NCBI GenBank assembly: GCA_964650645.1
Contig: CAZYUH010000001.1
Span: 639,202 to 703,201, forward strand
Source: an uncultured Candidatus Saccharibacteria bacterium
Lineage (GTDB): Bacteria; Patescibacteriota; Minisyncoccia; Phycocordibacterales; SBAW01
Length of the DNA stretch: 64,000 nt
Direction of reading: 5' to 3'
The notes under the pieces are model-generated. The model searched no databases, was not told the origin of the DNA, and saw only the letters and a program-made list of their open reading frames with translations. Both the position numbers and the translations under genes were made by a program. Of the stretch, positions 38,395 through 47,217 are shown one piece after another (the first letter of the stretch is position 1; every line of letters starts with the position of its first letter).

Positions 38395-38616
38395 AATACT
38401 TTATTTTTTAAGGATTGTCAAGATTTATTTTGCCGTCCCGCCAGTGCGGGACATGGCTGCGCCCTGCACATGTTATTTGTGGTCAGGGATATTTTCAGCG
38501 CCGTCGCGCTGAAAATTCCACGACCCTGGCTCGGCTGTTTTACCTGCTGGCAAAACATGCCTCCGCCCTGCACATGTACGAAAAAACACCCAGCAGTGGG
38601 TGTTTGTTTCGTCATG
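38395..38616. repeat. tRNA-linked hairpin-array element, locus B (shares ~130 nt near-identical block with locus A)
   Basis: ccgtcccgccagtgcgggacatggctgcgcc...tttgtggtcagggatattttcagcgccgtcgcgctgaaaattccacgaccctggctcggctgtttt(a/g)cctgctggcaaaacatgcctccgcc; differs from locus A by 2 substitutions. Confidence 0.6.
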
Positions 38617-38690
38617 TGCACCCTTCAGGATTCGAACCTGAGGCCTCACCCGTGTGAAGGGTGCGCTCTAACCAACTGAGCTAAGGGTGC
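38617..38690 (-). tRNA. tRNA-Val (anticodon CAC)
   Basis: Minus strand GCACCCTTAGCTCAGTTGGTTAGAGCGCACCCTTCACACGGGTGAGGCCTCAGGTTCGAATCCTGAAGGGTGCA. Confidence 0.8.
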
Positions 38691-38768
38691 GTCCGTTCAT
38701 GATACGCAAAAGGCGGCAAAAGAAAAAGCGCCGGCCCAGGGGGCCGGCGCTTCGGCGGCGCGAGGGGG

Positions 38769-39134
38769 CTACACGCCCTTGCCGCGCAGCTGCTCGCTTA
38801 TGACGGCGCGCGACGCCTTGAACGCATCCCGCAGTATGGGGATGCAGGCCTCGGGAGCGGTGTTGCCGCACATGAACACGTCGAGCGCGGCAAAGCCGCT
38901 CTCGGGCCAGGTATGGATGGAGATATGGCTCTCCGCCAGGACCGCAACGCCCGATATCCCGCCGTTCTCCTCGAACTCGTGCGTGTGGATATGCAGGAGC
39001 GTCGCGCCGGACGCCTCAACGCACCGGCGGAACGCCTCTTCTATAAGCGCGCTGTCGCGCAGGCTGGCCGGGTCCGCGCCGTGCAGGTCCAGGAGGATAT
39101 GGGCCCCCGCGCACCGCACGCCGTCGCGCACCAT
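38769..39134 (-). CDS. speH: S-adenosylmethionine decarboxylase proenzyme (SpeH-type, class 1A)
   Basis: ESHISIHTWPE self-processing motif; start chosen at MVRDGVRCAGAHILLDLHG (ORF track starts at 39200). Confidence 0.75.
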   Translation of the reverse strand: MVRDGVRCAGAHILLDLHGADPASLRDSALIEEAFRRCVEASGATLLHIHTHEFEENGGISGVAVLAESHISIHTWPESGFAALDVFMCGNTAPEACIPILRDAFKASRAVISEQLRGKGV

Positions 39135-39312
39135 GTAGTACTCCCTGCGCTCTTCGTTTAGAGGCAAAGAGGATGAGGCCAGTGCTCCCACATGCATCAT
39201 GCGTTCCTTTTCTGGTTGCTGGTGAACGAACTACTTATAATAGTATACAACTTAAATCAAAAAATCGCAATATGCCCTGCGGAGCGCCGTTGGCGTCTGG
39301 TACCATAGGCCC

Positions 39313-39840
39313 ATGGGTCCCGCATCGCTCCCCGGCACCATAGTGCTCGCAATCGCCGCGCTGGCGGTGTTCCTCTGCTACCTTGTCGTTTTAAAGTACT
39401 CGGAGCCGGACAACTTCCGGCGCACGCGGCTTTCGATGACCGCGTTCTTCTTCTTCATCGTCGCCACGCTCAGCCTGTCGTTCTGGAAGTACGCGCTCGC
39501 GACGCTCCCCTACGCCGCCCCCGCGTTCGCCGCCGGGCTGTGCCTGGGCTACCTGGTGGGCGTGCGCGGCGCCGAGGAAAGGCTCAGGAAGGAGGGGCGC
39601 GCTCACTACCGCGAGCACTTCGCCCACGTGCACGCGCGAGGGCTTGCAGAGCTGTCGTGGTGGACTTTCGTCAACTTCTACACCATAGGGGGCGCCTTGG
39701 TGCTCATAAACCTCGTGGGCTTCAGCACTGTGCTGGTGCCGAGCGAAGGCTTGGCTATAGCCACCAGCGCGGTGGGCGCGCTCCTGTTAGGAAGCATTGC
39801 GCCCTATCTCATGCACCTGTGGAGCCTCAGCCGGCGCTAG
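39313..39840 (+). CDS. Membrane protein, hypothetical (5 TM helices)
   Basis: 175 aa; GC3-rich; divergent from speH. Confidence 0.4.
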   Translation: MGPASLPGTIVLAIAALAVFLCYLVVLKYSEPDNFRRTRLSMTAFFFFIVATLSLSFWKYALATLPYAAPAFAAGLCLGYLVGVRGAEERLRKEGRAHYREHFAHVHARGLAELSWWTFVNFYTIGGALVLINLVGFSTVLVPSEGLAIATSAVGALLLGSIAPYLMHLWSLSRR

Positions 39841-39858
39841 CGCGCCCGTTCTGCGCGA

Positions 39859-40218
39859 TCAGTCGTTGGATTGCTGAGGCGTTATGACGCCGCCGATGAA
39901 CGGGACTTGCGGCCCGTGCTTCATGTGCGAGAGGTCGTGCATGACCCAGAGCGTCCCGCCCGCGACGATGCACACCACCAAAAGCGCGAAGCACAGCGCC
40001 ACCAGGTTGAAGCGGGGGCGCTCCTCCTCGTCCATGTGCAGGAAGAACGAAAGCTGGACGCAGAGCTGGATAAGCGCGAACAGCACGAACGCCGCGTACA
40101 GCATCGCGGGCGAAAGGGGCGCGCTTCCCTCGTCGCGCATCCACAACGCCACTAAAGGCAGTACGGTGAGCGCCACCGAAAGCACGAACCCTGTTGCGTA
40201 TGCGGCGAGCTTTTTCAT
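39859..40218 (-). CDS. cyoD: Cytochrome o ubiquinol oxidase subunit IV
   Basis: 119 aa from [12 protein letters not shown], 3 TM helices; last gene of cyo operon; ATGA overlap with cyoC. Confidence 0.7.
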   Translation of the reverse strand: MKKLAAYATGFVLSVALTVLPLVALWMRDEGSAPLSPAMLYAAFVLFALIQLCVQLSFFLHMDEEERPRFNLVALCFALLVVCIVAGGTLWVMHDLSHMKHGPQVPFIGGVITPQQSND

Positions 40219-40790
40219 ACGGAGCCGAAGAGGTAGACGAAGGTGAATATGAATATCCAGATGATGTCGAGGAAGTGCCAGAAGAGCCCGAGGCACGCGA
40301 GCTTGCGCACTGTCCCCTCCTGAAGGCCCCGCAGGGCGACGTGCGCCATGGCGACAAGCATCCACACGCTCCCCGCCGCCACGTGCAGGCCGTGCGTTCC
40401 CAGAAGCGCGAAGAAAGAAGAGAGGAAGGCGCTGCGGTCGGGGCCGTGGCCCTCGGCAATGAGCTTGGCGAACTCGGCGGACTCCATGCCGAGGAACCCG
40501 AGTCCGAGGCACAGCGTCGCCGCGAGCGCCAGGAGCGTAAGGCCTTTTCTGCCCGCATGCGCGGCCAAAAGCGCCAGCCCCATCGCGAAGCTCGACGTTA
40601 GGAGGAGCATCGTCTCGGCGAGCGCGTACGGCAGGTCGACGATGTCTCCCAGCGAGGGGGCGCCGAAGGTCTCCGCGCGCAGGACCGCGAAGGTCGCGAA
40701 CAGCGCCGCGAACAGCACGCAGTCGCTCATGAGGTACACCCAGAAGCCGAACGTGGCCTTGTCAGTCATGTGCGCGTCGTGCCGTGTCAT
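40215..40790 (-). CDS. cyoC: Cytochrome o ubiquinol oxidase subunit III
   Basis: [27 protein letters not shown] matches the CyoC N-terminal region; ATGA overlap with cyoB stop. Confidence 0.85.
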   Translation of the reverse strand: MTRHDAHMTDKATFGFWVYLMSDCVLFAALFATFAVLRAETFGAPSLGDIVDLPYALAETMLLLTSSFAMGLALLAAHAGRKGLTLLALAATLCLGLGFLGMESAEFAKLIAEGHGPDRSAFLSSFFALLGTHGLHVAAGSVWMLVAMAHVALRGLQEGTVRKLACLGLFWHFLDIIWIFIFTFVYLFGSV

Positions 40791-42703
40791 ATGCGTATGC
40801 GGTGCTCTATGCGGGTACTGAATGAGCGCGCGGCGAGGCAGGCGATGATTCCGGCGAGCGAGAGCGCCGCGAGCCACCACATGTGCCACACCATCCCGAA
40901 GCCCAGCGCCCCGGCGCATACCGCTATCGCGAGCCCCATGGGCGTCGGCGCCGGCATCTCTATCTCCCTATGCGGCTCGGGCACCGTCATGCCGCCCTTG
41001 TCCTTCTTGAACTCCCAGTACGGGTCGCGCGCATGCACGAGGGGGATGGAGTCGAAGTTGTGCGCGGGCGGCGGGCTTGATACGGACCATTCGAGCGTGC
41101 GGCCGTCCTTCCACGGATCGTTGCCGGCCGGGTTCTTCTTGCGGTCGCGGACGCTCACGTACAGCTGCACGGCCTGCATGAGCACGCCAACCACGGTAAT
41201 GGACAGCCCGATGCCCGCCACGATAAGCAGCGGCTGCCAGGCGGGCTCGACGACGCTGAGCCTGCGCGTCGCGCCCATGAGGCCGAGCAGATACAGCGGC
41301 ACGAACGTCACGAAGAACCCGACCAGCCAGCACCAGAAGGCGCGCCTTCCCCACTTCTCGTCGAGCATGAAGCCGAAGAGCTTGGGGAACCAGTACGAGA
41401 ACGCCGCCAAGTACCCGAAGAGCACGCCGCCTATTATCATGTTGTGGAAGTGCGCCACCAAAAACAGCGAGTTGTGGAACTGGAAGTCTATGCCCGGTAT
41501 GGCAAGCAAAACGCCGGTCATGCCGCCGAGAATGAACGTGGAGAGGAACCCCATGAACCACAGCATCGGGGTCTTGAACGTGATGCGGCCCCGGAACATC
41601 GTGAAGAGCCAGTTGAACACCTTCACGCCGGTGGGGATGGAGATAACCATGGTCATGATGCCGAAGAAGGCGTTGACGTTCGCGCCCGCGCCCATGGTGA
41701 AGAAGTGGTGCACCCACACGATGAACGAGAGGAAGGTGATGGCCATGGTCGCCAGCACCATGGAGGTGTAGCCGAAGAGCCGCTTGCGGGCGAACACCGG
41801 CACCAGCTCCGAGAACACGCCGAACGCCGGCAGGATGAGTATGTAGACCTCGGGGTGCCCCCACGCCCATATGAGGTTGACGTAGAGCATCGCGTTGCCG
41901 CCCAGGTCGGTCGTGAAGAAGTGCATTCCGAATATGCGGTCGAGCGAGAGGAGCGCGAGCGTGGCGGTGAGTATCGGGAACGCGAATATGACGAGGATCA
42001 TCGAGGCGAGCGTCGTCCAGGCGAACACGGGCATGCGCATGAGCGTCATGCCGGGCGCGCGCATTTTGAGAATAGTCACCAGGAAGTTCACGGCCGCCAG
42101 GAGCGTGCCCGCGCCCGCTATCTGGAGCGCCCATATGTAGTAGTCGACGCCCACCCCGGGACTGAACTGGAGCTCCGAGAGCGGCGGGTACGCCAGCCAC
42201 CCGGTAGCGGCGAACTCGCCCACCACCAAAGACAGGTTGATGAGCATCGCGGCGGCGGCCGTGAGCCAGAACGACACCGAGTTGAGGAACGGGAACGCCA
42301 CGTCGCGCGCGCCGATGAGGAGCGGTATCGCCAGGTTGATGAGCGCGAACATGAACGGCATGGCGACGAAGAAGATCATGATGACGCCGTGCGCGGTGAA
42401 TATCTGCGCGAAATGGTCGGGGCTCAGGTAGCCCTCGCTGCCGGGCACCGAGACGGCCTGCTGGGCGCGCATCATGATAGCGTCGGCAAGCCCGCGCAGG
42501 CCCATGACGGCGGCAAGGATGAAATACATGACCGCGATTCTCTTGTGGTCGACGGTCGTGAGCCACTCGCGGTAGAGCCACTTCCAGCGCTTGAAGTACG
42601 TAATCGCCGCGACGACGGCCGCTCCCCCGAGCACCACCATGAGCTGGGGCACCGTCTCTACCGGGCCGTGCAGGAAATCCTTTAGCGTGAGTATGCCGAA
42701 CAT
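40787..42703 (-). CDS. cyoB: Cytochrome o ubiquinol oxidase subunit I
   Basis: Near-collinear with E. coli CyoB ([25 protein letters not shown], heme-copper His ligands). Confidence 0.95.
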   Translation of the reverse strand: MFGILTLKDFLHGPVETVPQLMVVLGGAAVVAAITYFKRWKWLYREWLTTVDHKRIAVMYFILAAVMGLRGLADAIMMRAQQAVSVPGSEGYLSPDHFAQIFTAHGVIMIFFVAMPFMFALINLAIPLLIGARDVAFPFLNSVSFWLTAAAAMLINLSLVVGEFAATGWLAYPPLSELQFSPGVGVDYYIWALQIAGAGTLLAAVNFLVTILKMRAPGMTLMRMPVFAWTTLASMILVIFAFPILTATLALLSLDRIFGMHFFTTDLGGNAMLYVNLIWAWGHPEVYILILPAFGVFSELVPVFARKRLFGYTSMVLATMAITFLSFIVWVHHFFTMGAGANVNAFFGIMTMVISIPTGVKVFNWLFTMFRGRITFKTPMLWFMGFLSTFILGGMTGVLLAIPGIDFQFHNSLFLVAHFHNMIIGGVLFGYLAAFSYWFPKLFGFMLDEKWGRRAFWCWLVGFFVTFVPLYLLGLMGATRRLSVVEPAWQPLLIVAGIGLSITVVGVLMQAVQLYVSVRDRKKNPAGNDPWKDGRTLEWSVSSPPPAHNFDSIPLVHARDPYWEFKKDKGGMTVPEPHREIEMPAPTPMGLAIAVCAGALGFGMVWHMWWLAALSLAGIIACLAARSFSTRIEHRIRI

Positions 42704-42705
42704 GG

Positions 42706-43548
42706 TTAATGGTGGTGCTCCTTCATGCCCGCGTCCATAGCATGGGCATTCTGCCCGCCCGCGTGCATGCGCGCGTCCATAAACTGCATCATAACAGCAT
42801 TAAACAGATCGGGCTCTACCGCGGCGAACGACGCCTCCGGCGCCGACGCGCCCGGCTTGGCAAGCTCCTTGTACGCGCTAAACGAGAGCGTGCTCGACGC
42901 GGCCCTCGTGCGGGCGACCCAGTCATCGAACTCCGCCTCGGGGACGGCGCGCGCGGCGAACTTCATCGAAGAGAAGCCGTCGCCGCTGTAGTTGGCCGAA
43001 ACGCCCGCGTACGTGCCGGGCTCGTTTGCCACCAAATTGAGCTCGGTGGCCATGCCGGTCATGGCGTATATCTGGCCGCCCAGCTGGGGTATCCAGAACG
43101 AGTTCATCGGCGCGTCCGCGGTAATGCTGAACTCAACCGGCCTGTCGACCGGCATCATGACGTAGTTCACCGTCGCCACCTCCTGCTCCGGATAAATGAA
43201 GAGCCATTTCCAGTCGAGCGCGACGACCTGCACTTGGAGCGCCGGGCCGCCCTCGAGCGCGCGGGTCGGGTCGAGCCGGTGCGTACTGCCCCACGTGAGC
43301 GCGCCCAGGACGAGTATTATTTCAAGCGGTATCACCCACCACACCAGTTCTTCGAGCCTGCCGTGCTCCCACTCGGGCGTGTATTCCGCCTTCTTGTTGG
43401 AAGCGCGGTACCTGTACGCGAAGAAGAACAGGAGGAAGTAGACCGGCACCGCCACTATGAGCATGAACTCGACCGCGTGGATCATGAGCGCGCGCTCGGC
43501 CACGCCGATGGCGCCCTTGGGATCGAGGACGGTGAACAGGCTCCACAT
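42706..43548 (-). CDS. cyoA: Cytochrome o ubiquinol oxidase subunit II
   Basis: LDPKG...[18 protein letters not shown]...[10 protein letters not shown] matches CyoA; lacks the CuA ligands as expected for quinol oxidases. Confidence 0.85.
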   Translation of the reverse strand: MWSLFTVLDPKGAIGVAERALMIHAVEFMLIVAVPVYFLLFFFAYRYRASNKKAEYTPEWEHGRLEELVWWVIPLEIILVLGALTWGSTHRLDPTRALEGGPALQVQVVALDWKWLFIYPEQEVATVNYVMMPVDRPVEFSITADAPMNSFWIPQLGGQIYAMTGMATELNLVANEPGTYAGVSANYSGDGFSSMKFAARAVPEAEFDDWVARTRAASSTLSFSAYKELAKPGASAPEASFAAVEPDLFNAVMMQFMDARMHAGGQNAHAMDAGMKEHHH

Positions 43549-43627
43549 GGGTACATAATACCCTTGAATTTGAGCATTTCCCGGGGCTATTTATCAGACC
43601 ACAAATGTTTTATTAAGGAATTACTTT

Positions 43628-44068
43628 CTATTGCTCTTCGGGGCTTCTTGGCGCCTTACCTGTAAATATATAAGCTAACGCAACGCCAGCCAGCGGGATT
43701 GCACCCGCAATCAAACCTGCGCCGTCCTTTCCTTGCGCAATCAAATTAGCACCTTGCCATATACCAAAAAGTACAATAACCACAGCGGCAATTTGACCTG
43801 AAAGTCTATTAAAGCCATCGAACCACAGCAATCGACTCTCCATCCTCTGTCTGTGATTAGATTGGCCTACTGCCATTTCAACTATTGTTCTCCCACACCC
43901 AGGAGAAACTCTATCGTACTCGGCAAGCATCTCAGGAGGAGGTAAGGGGCCTTGGAAAATATTTCCAACTACCCTGGGGGCATGAGAAGGTATTGGCTGC
44001 CCTTCAACTGAAACCCGGTCGTCTTTTTTAGAGACGTCCTTATTTGCCCCGCTGGTGTCCTTCGCCAT
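43628..44068 (-). CDS. DUF2335-family membrane protein
   Basis: PPPEMLAEYDRVSPGCGRTIVEMAVGQSNHRQRMESR then two TM helices; encoded in a locally AT-rich islet. Confidence 0.55.
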   Translation of the reverse strand: MAKDTSGANKDVSKKDDRVSVEGQPIPSHAPRVVGNIFQGPLPPPEMLAEYDRVSPGCGRTIVEMAVGQSNHRQRMESRLLWFDGFNRLSGQIAAVVIVLFGIWQGANLIAQGKDGAGLIAGAIPLAGVALAYIFTGKAPRSPEEQ

Positions 44069-44384
44069 AACACTTCATCATATTAATAAGATCATCGCCA
44101 ACAGTTTGCCAGTCATTAAGAATAGCTAAAGTGTCTATGATATCGTCATCCTCCTTACCATACAGCTCGAAGTTATCCGATACTGGTCTGAAATTGAGGA
44201 GACTTCCGACCCCTTCTCTAAAAGAGGGTGCTTGATTTACAAAACGAAAGGTGCCCTCAAACCCAAATTTTCGGTCTGAGCTAACCTTAGCGTTATGGCG
44301 ACACCATACCACATCGTGGCTGCTAAACGCCGAAAAAACGCGGTTCTGCCCTCGTTGCATGAGGCCAATCATCCCATTCATCAC
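44040..44384 (-). CDS. Hypothetical protein (114 aa), 29-nt overlap with the downstream DUF2335 gene
   Basis: ORF in AT-rich islet; no recognised family; overlap suggests translational coupling. Confidence 0.35.
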   Translation of the reverse strand: MMNGMIGLMQRGQNRVFSAFSSHDVVWCRHNAKVSSDRKFGFEGTFRFVNQAPSFREGVGSLLNFRPVSDNFELYGKEDDDIIDTLAILNDWQTVGDDLINMMKCYGEGHQRGK

Positions 44385-44544
44385 ATTAAGTATAACTGAA
44401 GCACAAGCGGAAGTATACCCACAGGAAGAGCTTAAGAAATCGGAGTCAGGCCCCTCAAAATATCGAAAAAATGGTTCCTGGACGTATGAAGCAGTCCACC
44501 AAAGCGGATTTTAGATCGGTGGATCAGGGATTGGGCCATGCTTG

Positions 44545-45969
44545 TTAGAAAGCCAGTTTTACGACTTCCGAGTAAGCAAACAAAACGAGCCTGCTTGTAC
44601 CGCTGACGGAATAAGACGCGAGCATTCCCAGCATAAGAAGGAGCGACAGCATCTGCGAGGCGATGACGCCGCTGAACTTGTGCAGGAGATGCGCATGCCG
44701 GTAATCATCAGGCTTGTCCTGCCTGGCGAACAAGACGGCAAACCTGCGGTACGCAAAGACCGCGAAAGCCGTTATGCGGCCTACGAAATTGAAAATCCCG
44801 TATAGGGGGAATGCGAGCACGACCCAGTACGGCTCCTTCCTTTTCAGGGCAAGGTACGGGATGGACTCCAGGAAGACATACGTCGCGTATATCACAAGGG
44901 CTATGGCGGGATTGAAAATAAGCACGGGGAGCGCTACCACCCTCAGCGGATCAGTCAGGGTTACGAGCACAGCATTGTAAAAGGCATCGTATTTCAGCGT
45001 CCAGGGAATATTCTTCCTGATCAGGAGTCTTAGATAGTTCAGGAAGTTGCTGTACATGCCCGGGTTCCATCCGTACACCCTCTGCTTAAATAGGGACGGC
45101 AGGGTGTCGGGCACCTCGGTCTCCACGAGGGAATCCACGATCACCACCCCCCTGTTGTCCGCGGCAAGATGGATAAGCAGGGTGCGCTGCAGGTCTTCAC
45201 CGCAGAATTCGCCGGTATGGATCTCTATCTGGCGCTTGAGCTCCCCCGTCTTGAACAGGCCGATTGCGCCGGATATGTTCTGGACGGTGGCCCTTGCGTT
45301 ATGGAACACCTTCCCGATATCCATGCTCTTCCTGTACTCATGCGCCTGGATGAGCGTCACCCAATTGGTTGTCTTCGGAAGGACCCTGAAAGCGATCCCG
45401 CCGTATACCTCTCCCAGCGGATCGGTCGGGAAGGTCGCGCTGCCGATCAGGACGTCATCGTCCATGATCAGGCAGTACGGCGTGGCTACCTCCGCCAAGG
45501 CGACGTTTATCGCGGACACCTTGCCGATCGGCTCCTTGCTTTCGATAAGGCGCACACCCTCGTACCGGCGCACCAGACCGCACGTATCGTCCGTGGATCC
45601 GTTCGACGAAACGATTATCTGCTCCGGATTGAACCGCCTGAGCAGGCCATCGAGCGTGGCGGGAAGCACGCCCGCTCCGTTATAGGTCGGTATAACGATA
45701 GTTATCTTTTCCAGCTCCTCTTTTCCCGTATAAAAATCATCCCTCAGGAAGGTCTCGAGCGCCATCTTGAACGCGTCCACGCAGAACAGGGGCACAAGCA
45801 CGAACAGGGCCGAATACCCGAAGCGCAGGCTCTCGAATCCATTGGCGATAAACACCCCGTATGAAACGACCCACGCAAAAAGACCGAGCAGGGTAAGCTG
45901 TATTACAACCCGCTCGTTTATATAGCCCTGGAGGCCTGCATGGATGAATTCTCTGGACCGTTTAAGCAT
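44545..45969 (-). CDS. Membrane-embedded processive family-2 glycosyltransferase (cellulose/PNAG/hyaluronan-synthase-like)
   Basis: 2 N-terminal TM, IVIPTYNG, MDDDVL (DxD), QRVYGW (QxxRW variant), 4 C-terminal TM; start moved to second Met (45969) because a TTGACA-16-TAAAAT promoter overlaps the first ATG at 45999. Confidence 0.65.
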   Translation of the reverse strand: MLKRSREFIHAGLQGYINERVVIQLTLLGLFAWVVSYGVFIANGFESLRFGYSALFVLVPLFCVDAFKMALETFLRDDFYTGKEELEKITIVIPTYNGAGVLPATLDGLLRRFNPEQIIVSSNGSTDDTCGLVRRYEGVRLIESKEPIGKVSAINVALAEVATPYCLIMDDDVLIGSATFPTDPLGEVYGGIAFRVLPKTTNWVTLIQAHEYRKSMDIGKVFHNARATVQNISGAIGLFKTGELKRQIEIHTGEFCGEDLQRTLLIHLAADNRGVVIVDSLVETEVPDTLPSLFKQRVYGWNPGMYSNFLNYLRLLIRKNIPWTLKYDAFYNAVLVTLTDPLRVVALPVLIFNPAIALVIYATYVFLESIPYLALKRKEPYWVVLAFPLYGIFNFVGRITAFAVFAYRRFAVLFARQDKPDDYRHAHLLHKFSGVIASQMLSLLLMLGMLASYSVSGTSRLVLFAYSEVVKLAF

Positions 45970-46023
45970 TGATTCGCCCTCTACTGAAGAGGGGCGCATT
46001 TTAACTTATTTTTATAAATTGTC

Positions 46024-46051
46024 AACACAAAAGAAATCCGCCGAAGCGGAT
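46024..46051 (-). terminator. Rho-independent terminator for the upstream hypothetical gene
   Basis: Minus strand AATCCGC-TTCG-GCGGATT followed by TCTTTTGTG. Confidence 0.5.
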
Positions 46052-46081
46052 TCCCGTTCGGCGGATGCTGCTGGACGCGCC

Positions 46082-46450
46082 CTAGTGCCAAAAGAGAATT
46101 ACCTCCACATCGTTCGGCAGCTGGTGGATATAGGCCATGGCGGCCCTGTTCACGAAGTTCGTGTCGCTGGTAACGCGCACTTTCTTAAGGTCTTTCGCGT
46201 ACGCCCACGCCATTTCCCCCGCCGCGTCTTCGCGCTCGAAGACCACATCGCCCTCGACGTCTACAGCACCCACTCCCAAGCCCTCCGGGAGCGGGTAGGG
46301 CTCGAACGCGGGCTTCATTGCCATTTCGCCGTGCCGCTCCCTGAAGCCGGGAATCTGCCTGAAAATGTGCTCATCCCACGTAAGCATGAGATGGGTCTGC
46401 GAATACAGCTTCCTCCTTGCGGTCGCAAGGCTCTCGCCGAAGTCCGGAAT
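46082..46450 (-). CDS. Hypothetical protein
   Basis: C-terminal ~120 aa of ORF 46082..46756; upstream part of that ORF runs through the hairpin-array repeat and is discounted; exact start unresolved (ATG at 46387 or non-ATG). Confidence 0.35.
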   Translation of the reverse strand: MPDFGESLATARRKLYSQTHLMLTWDEHIFRQIPGFRERHGEMAMKPAFEPYPLPEGLGVGAVDVEGDVVFEREDAAGEMAWAYAKDLKKVRVTSDTNFVNRAAMAYIHQLPNDVEVILFWH

Positions 46451-46555
46451 GAGCGGTATCAGCTCCAGTGTCAGTATGCCCACGCTTGGTCCTTTCCAGT
46501 TGAAATAGCTGCTGGGTGGGATAATGGGGCTTAATTTTGCGGGTGTCAATGCGGA

Positions 46556-46892
46556 CGCGCGCCTATCTGGATATACAGCCGTCCACTTTATGGTCACAAG
46601 TTCGTTTGCGCCGCCACGCAAACGCCGCGTCCACCTAGCGCCTGCCGCAAAGCGGCATCGGCGCTTGCCTCCGGCACCGGATGAAAGGCAAAGCAGTTTG
46701 CCTTTCATCCCCGCCTCGCGGTTTTGCAAGTGCAAAACATCGCTGCGGCCGTCCACTTTGTGGTCACAAGTCGAATTTTTTCGTCAAAAAATTCGCTCGC
46801 GACCCCGGCTCGCCGTCCCGCCAGTGCGGGACATGGCTGCGCCTTCCACAAAACCAGAAAACCTGCCTCAAGGCAGGTATTTCTGTGTTTTG
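46556..46892. repeat. tRNA-linked hairpin-array element, locus C (longest copy)
   Basis: Two ccgtccacttt(g/a)tggtcacaag units each followed by a hairpin, plus a GGATGAAAGGCAAA-GCAG-TTTGCCTTTCATCC perfect 14-bp stem, a gtttgcgccgccacgcaaac hairpin and a GAATTTTTT-CGTC-AAAAAATTC hairpin; shares cgcgaccccggctcgccgtcccgccagtgcgggacatggctgcgccttccac with locus A; terminal cctgcctcaaggcagg+T-tract. Confidence 0.6.
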
Positions 46893-46965
46893 TGGACCCT
46901 ACCGGGATCGAACCGGTCACCTCCTCATTGCAAATGAGGCGCTCTACCAGATGAGCTAAGGGCCC
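46893..46965 (-). tRNA. tRNA-Ala (anticodon TGC)
   Basis: Minus strand GGGCCCTTAGCTCATCTGGTAGAGCGCCTCATTTGCAATGAGGAGGTGACCGGTTCGATCCCGGTAGGGTCCA; G3:U70. Confidence 0.85.
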
Positions 46966-47083
46966 TCGGAAGACACAATACCCTATTTGCCACCTTTTTG
47001 CACCACGCCTTCATTGTTCCTTTAGGGTCGCCTGCTACACTTCCCCTTTAGGGACGGCGCAAACGGGCAGGGAGAATAGCAGC

Positions 47084-47170
47084 ATGACGATATGCAGCAG
47101 CAGGATGTGCGTGCTCGCCGCCTATTGCGCGATAGCCTTCTTGGGAGCTATCGTGCTGGGCGTAGTATAA
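47084..47170 (+). CDS. Candidate 28-aa hydrophobic Cys-containing small protein (MTICSSRMCVLAAYCAIAFLGAIVLGVV)
   Basis: GGAG 9 nt upstream of the ATG, single TM helix, followed directly by a bidirectional terminator; below the ORF-track size cutoff. Confidence 0.25.
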   Translation: MTICSSRMCVLAAYCAIAFLGAIVLGVV

Positions 47171-47184
47171 AAAGAGACTTACAG

Positions 47185-47213
47185 CGGCCGCCGTCATGGG
47201 CGGTCGTTTTGTT
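47185..47213. terminator. Bidirectional terminator (small ORF / phhB)
   Basis: CGGCCGCC-GTCATG-GGCGGTCG hairpin (1 mismatch) then TTTTGTT. Confidence 0.5.
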
Positions 47214-47217
47214 CCGC

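Noticed and set aside
39859-40512. 217-aa version of cyoD, and the cyoC start at 40919
   Set aside because: The long N-terminal parts are Arg/Pro-rich translations overlapping the upstream gene. Starts set at the ATGA overlaps (40218, 40790), which fit operon architecture and homologue lengths.
46451-46756. N-terminal extension of ORF 46082..46756 (MDGRSDVLHLQNREAGMKGK...) running through the hairpin-array repeat
   Set aside because: This part coincides exactly with the repeated non-coding element shared with loci A and B, and is Arg/Gly-rich nonsense. Only the distal ~120 codons look like a real gene.
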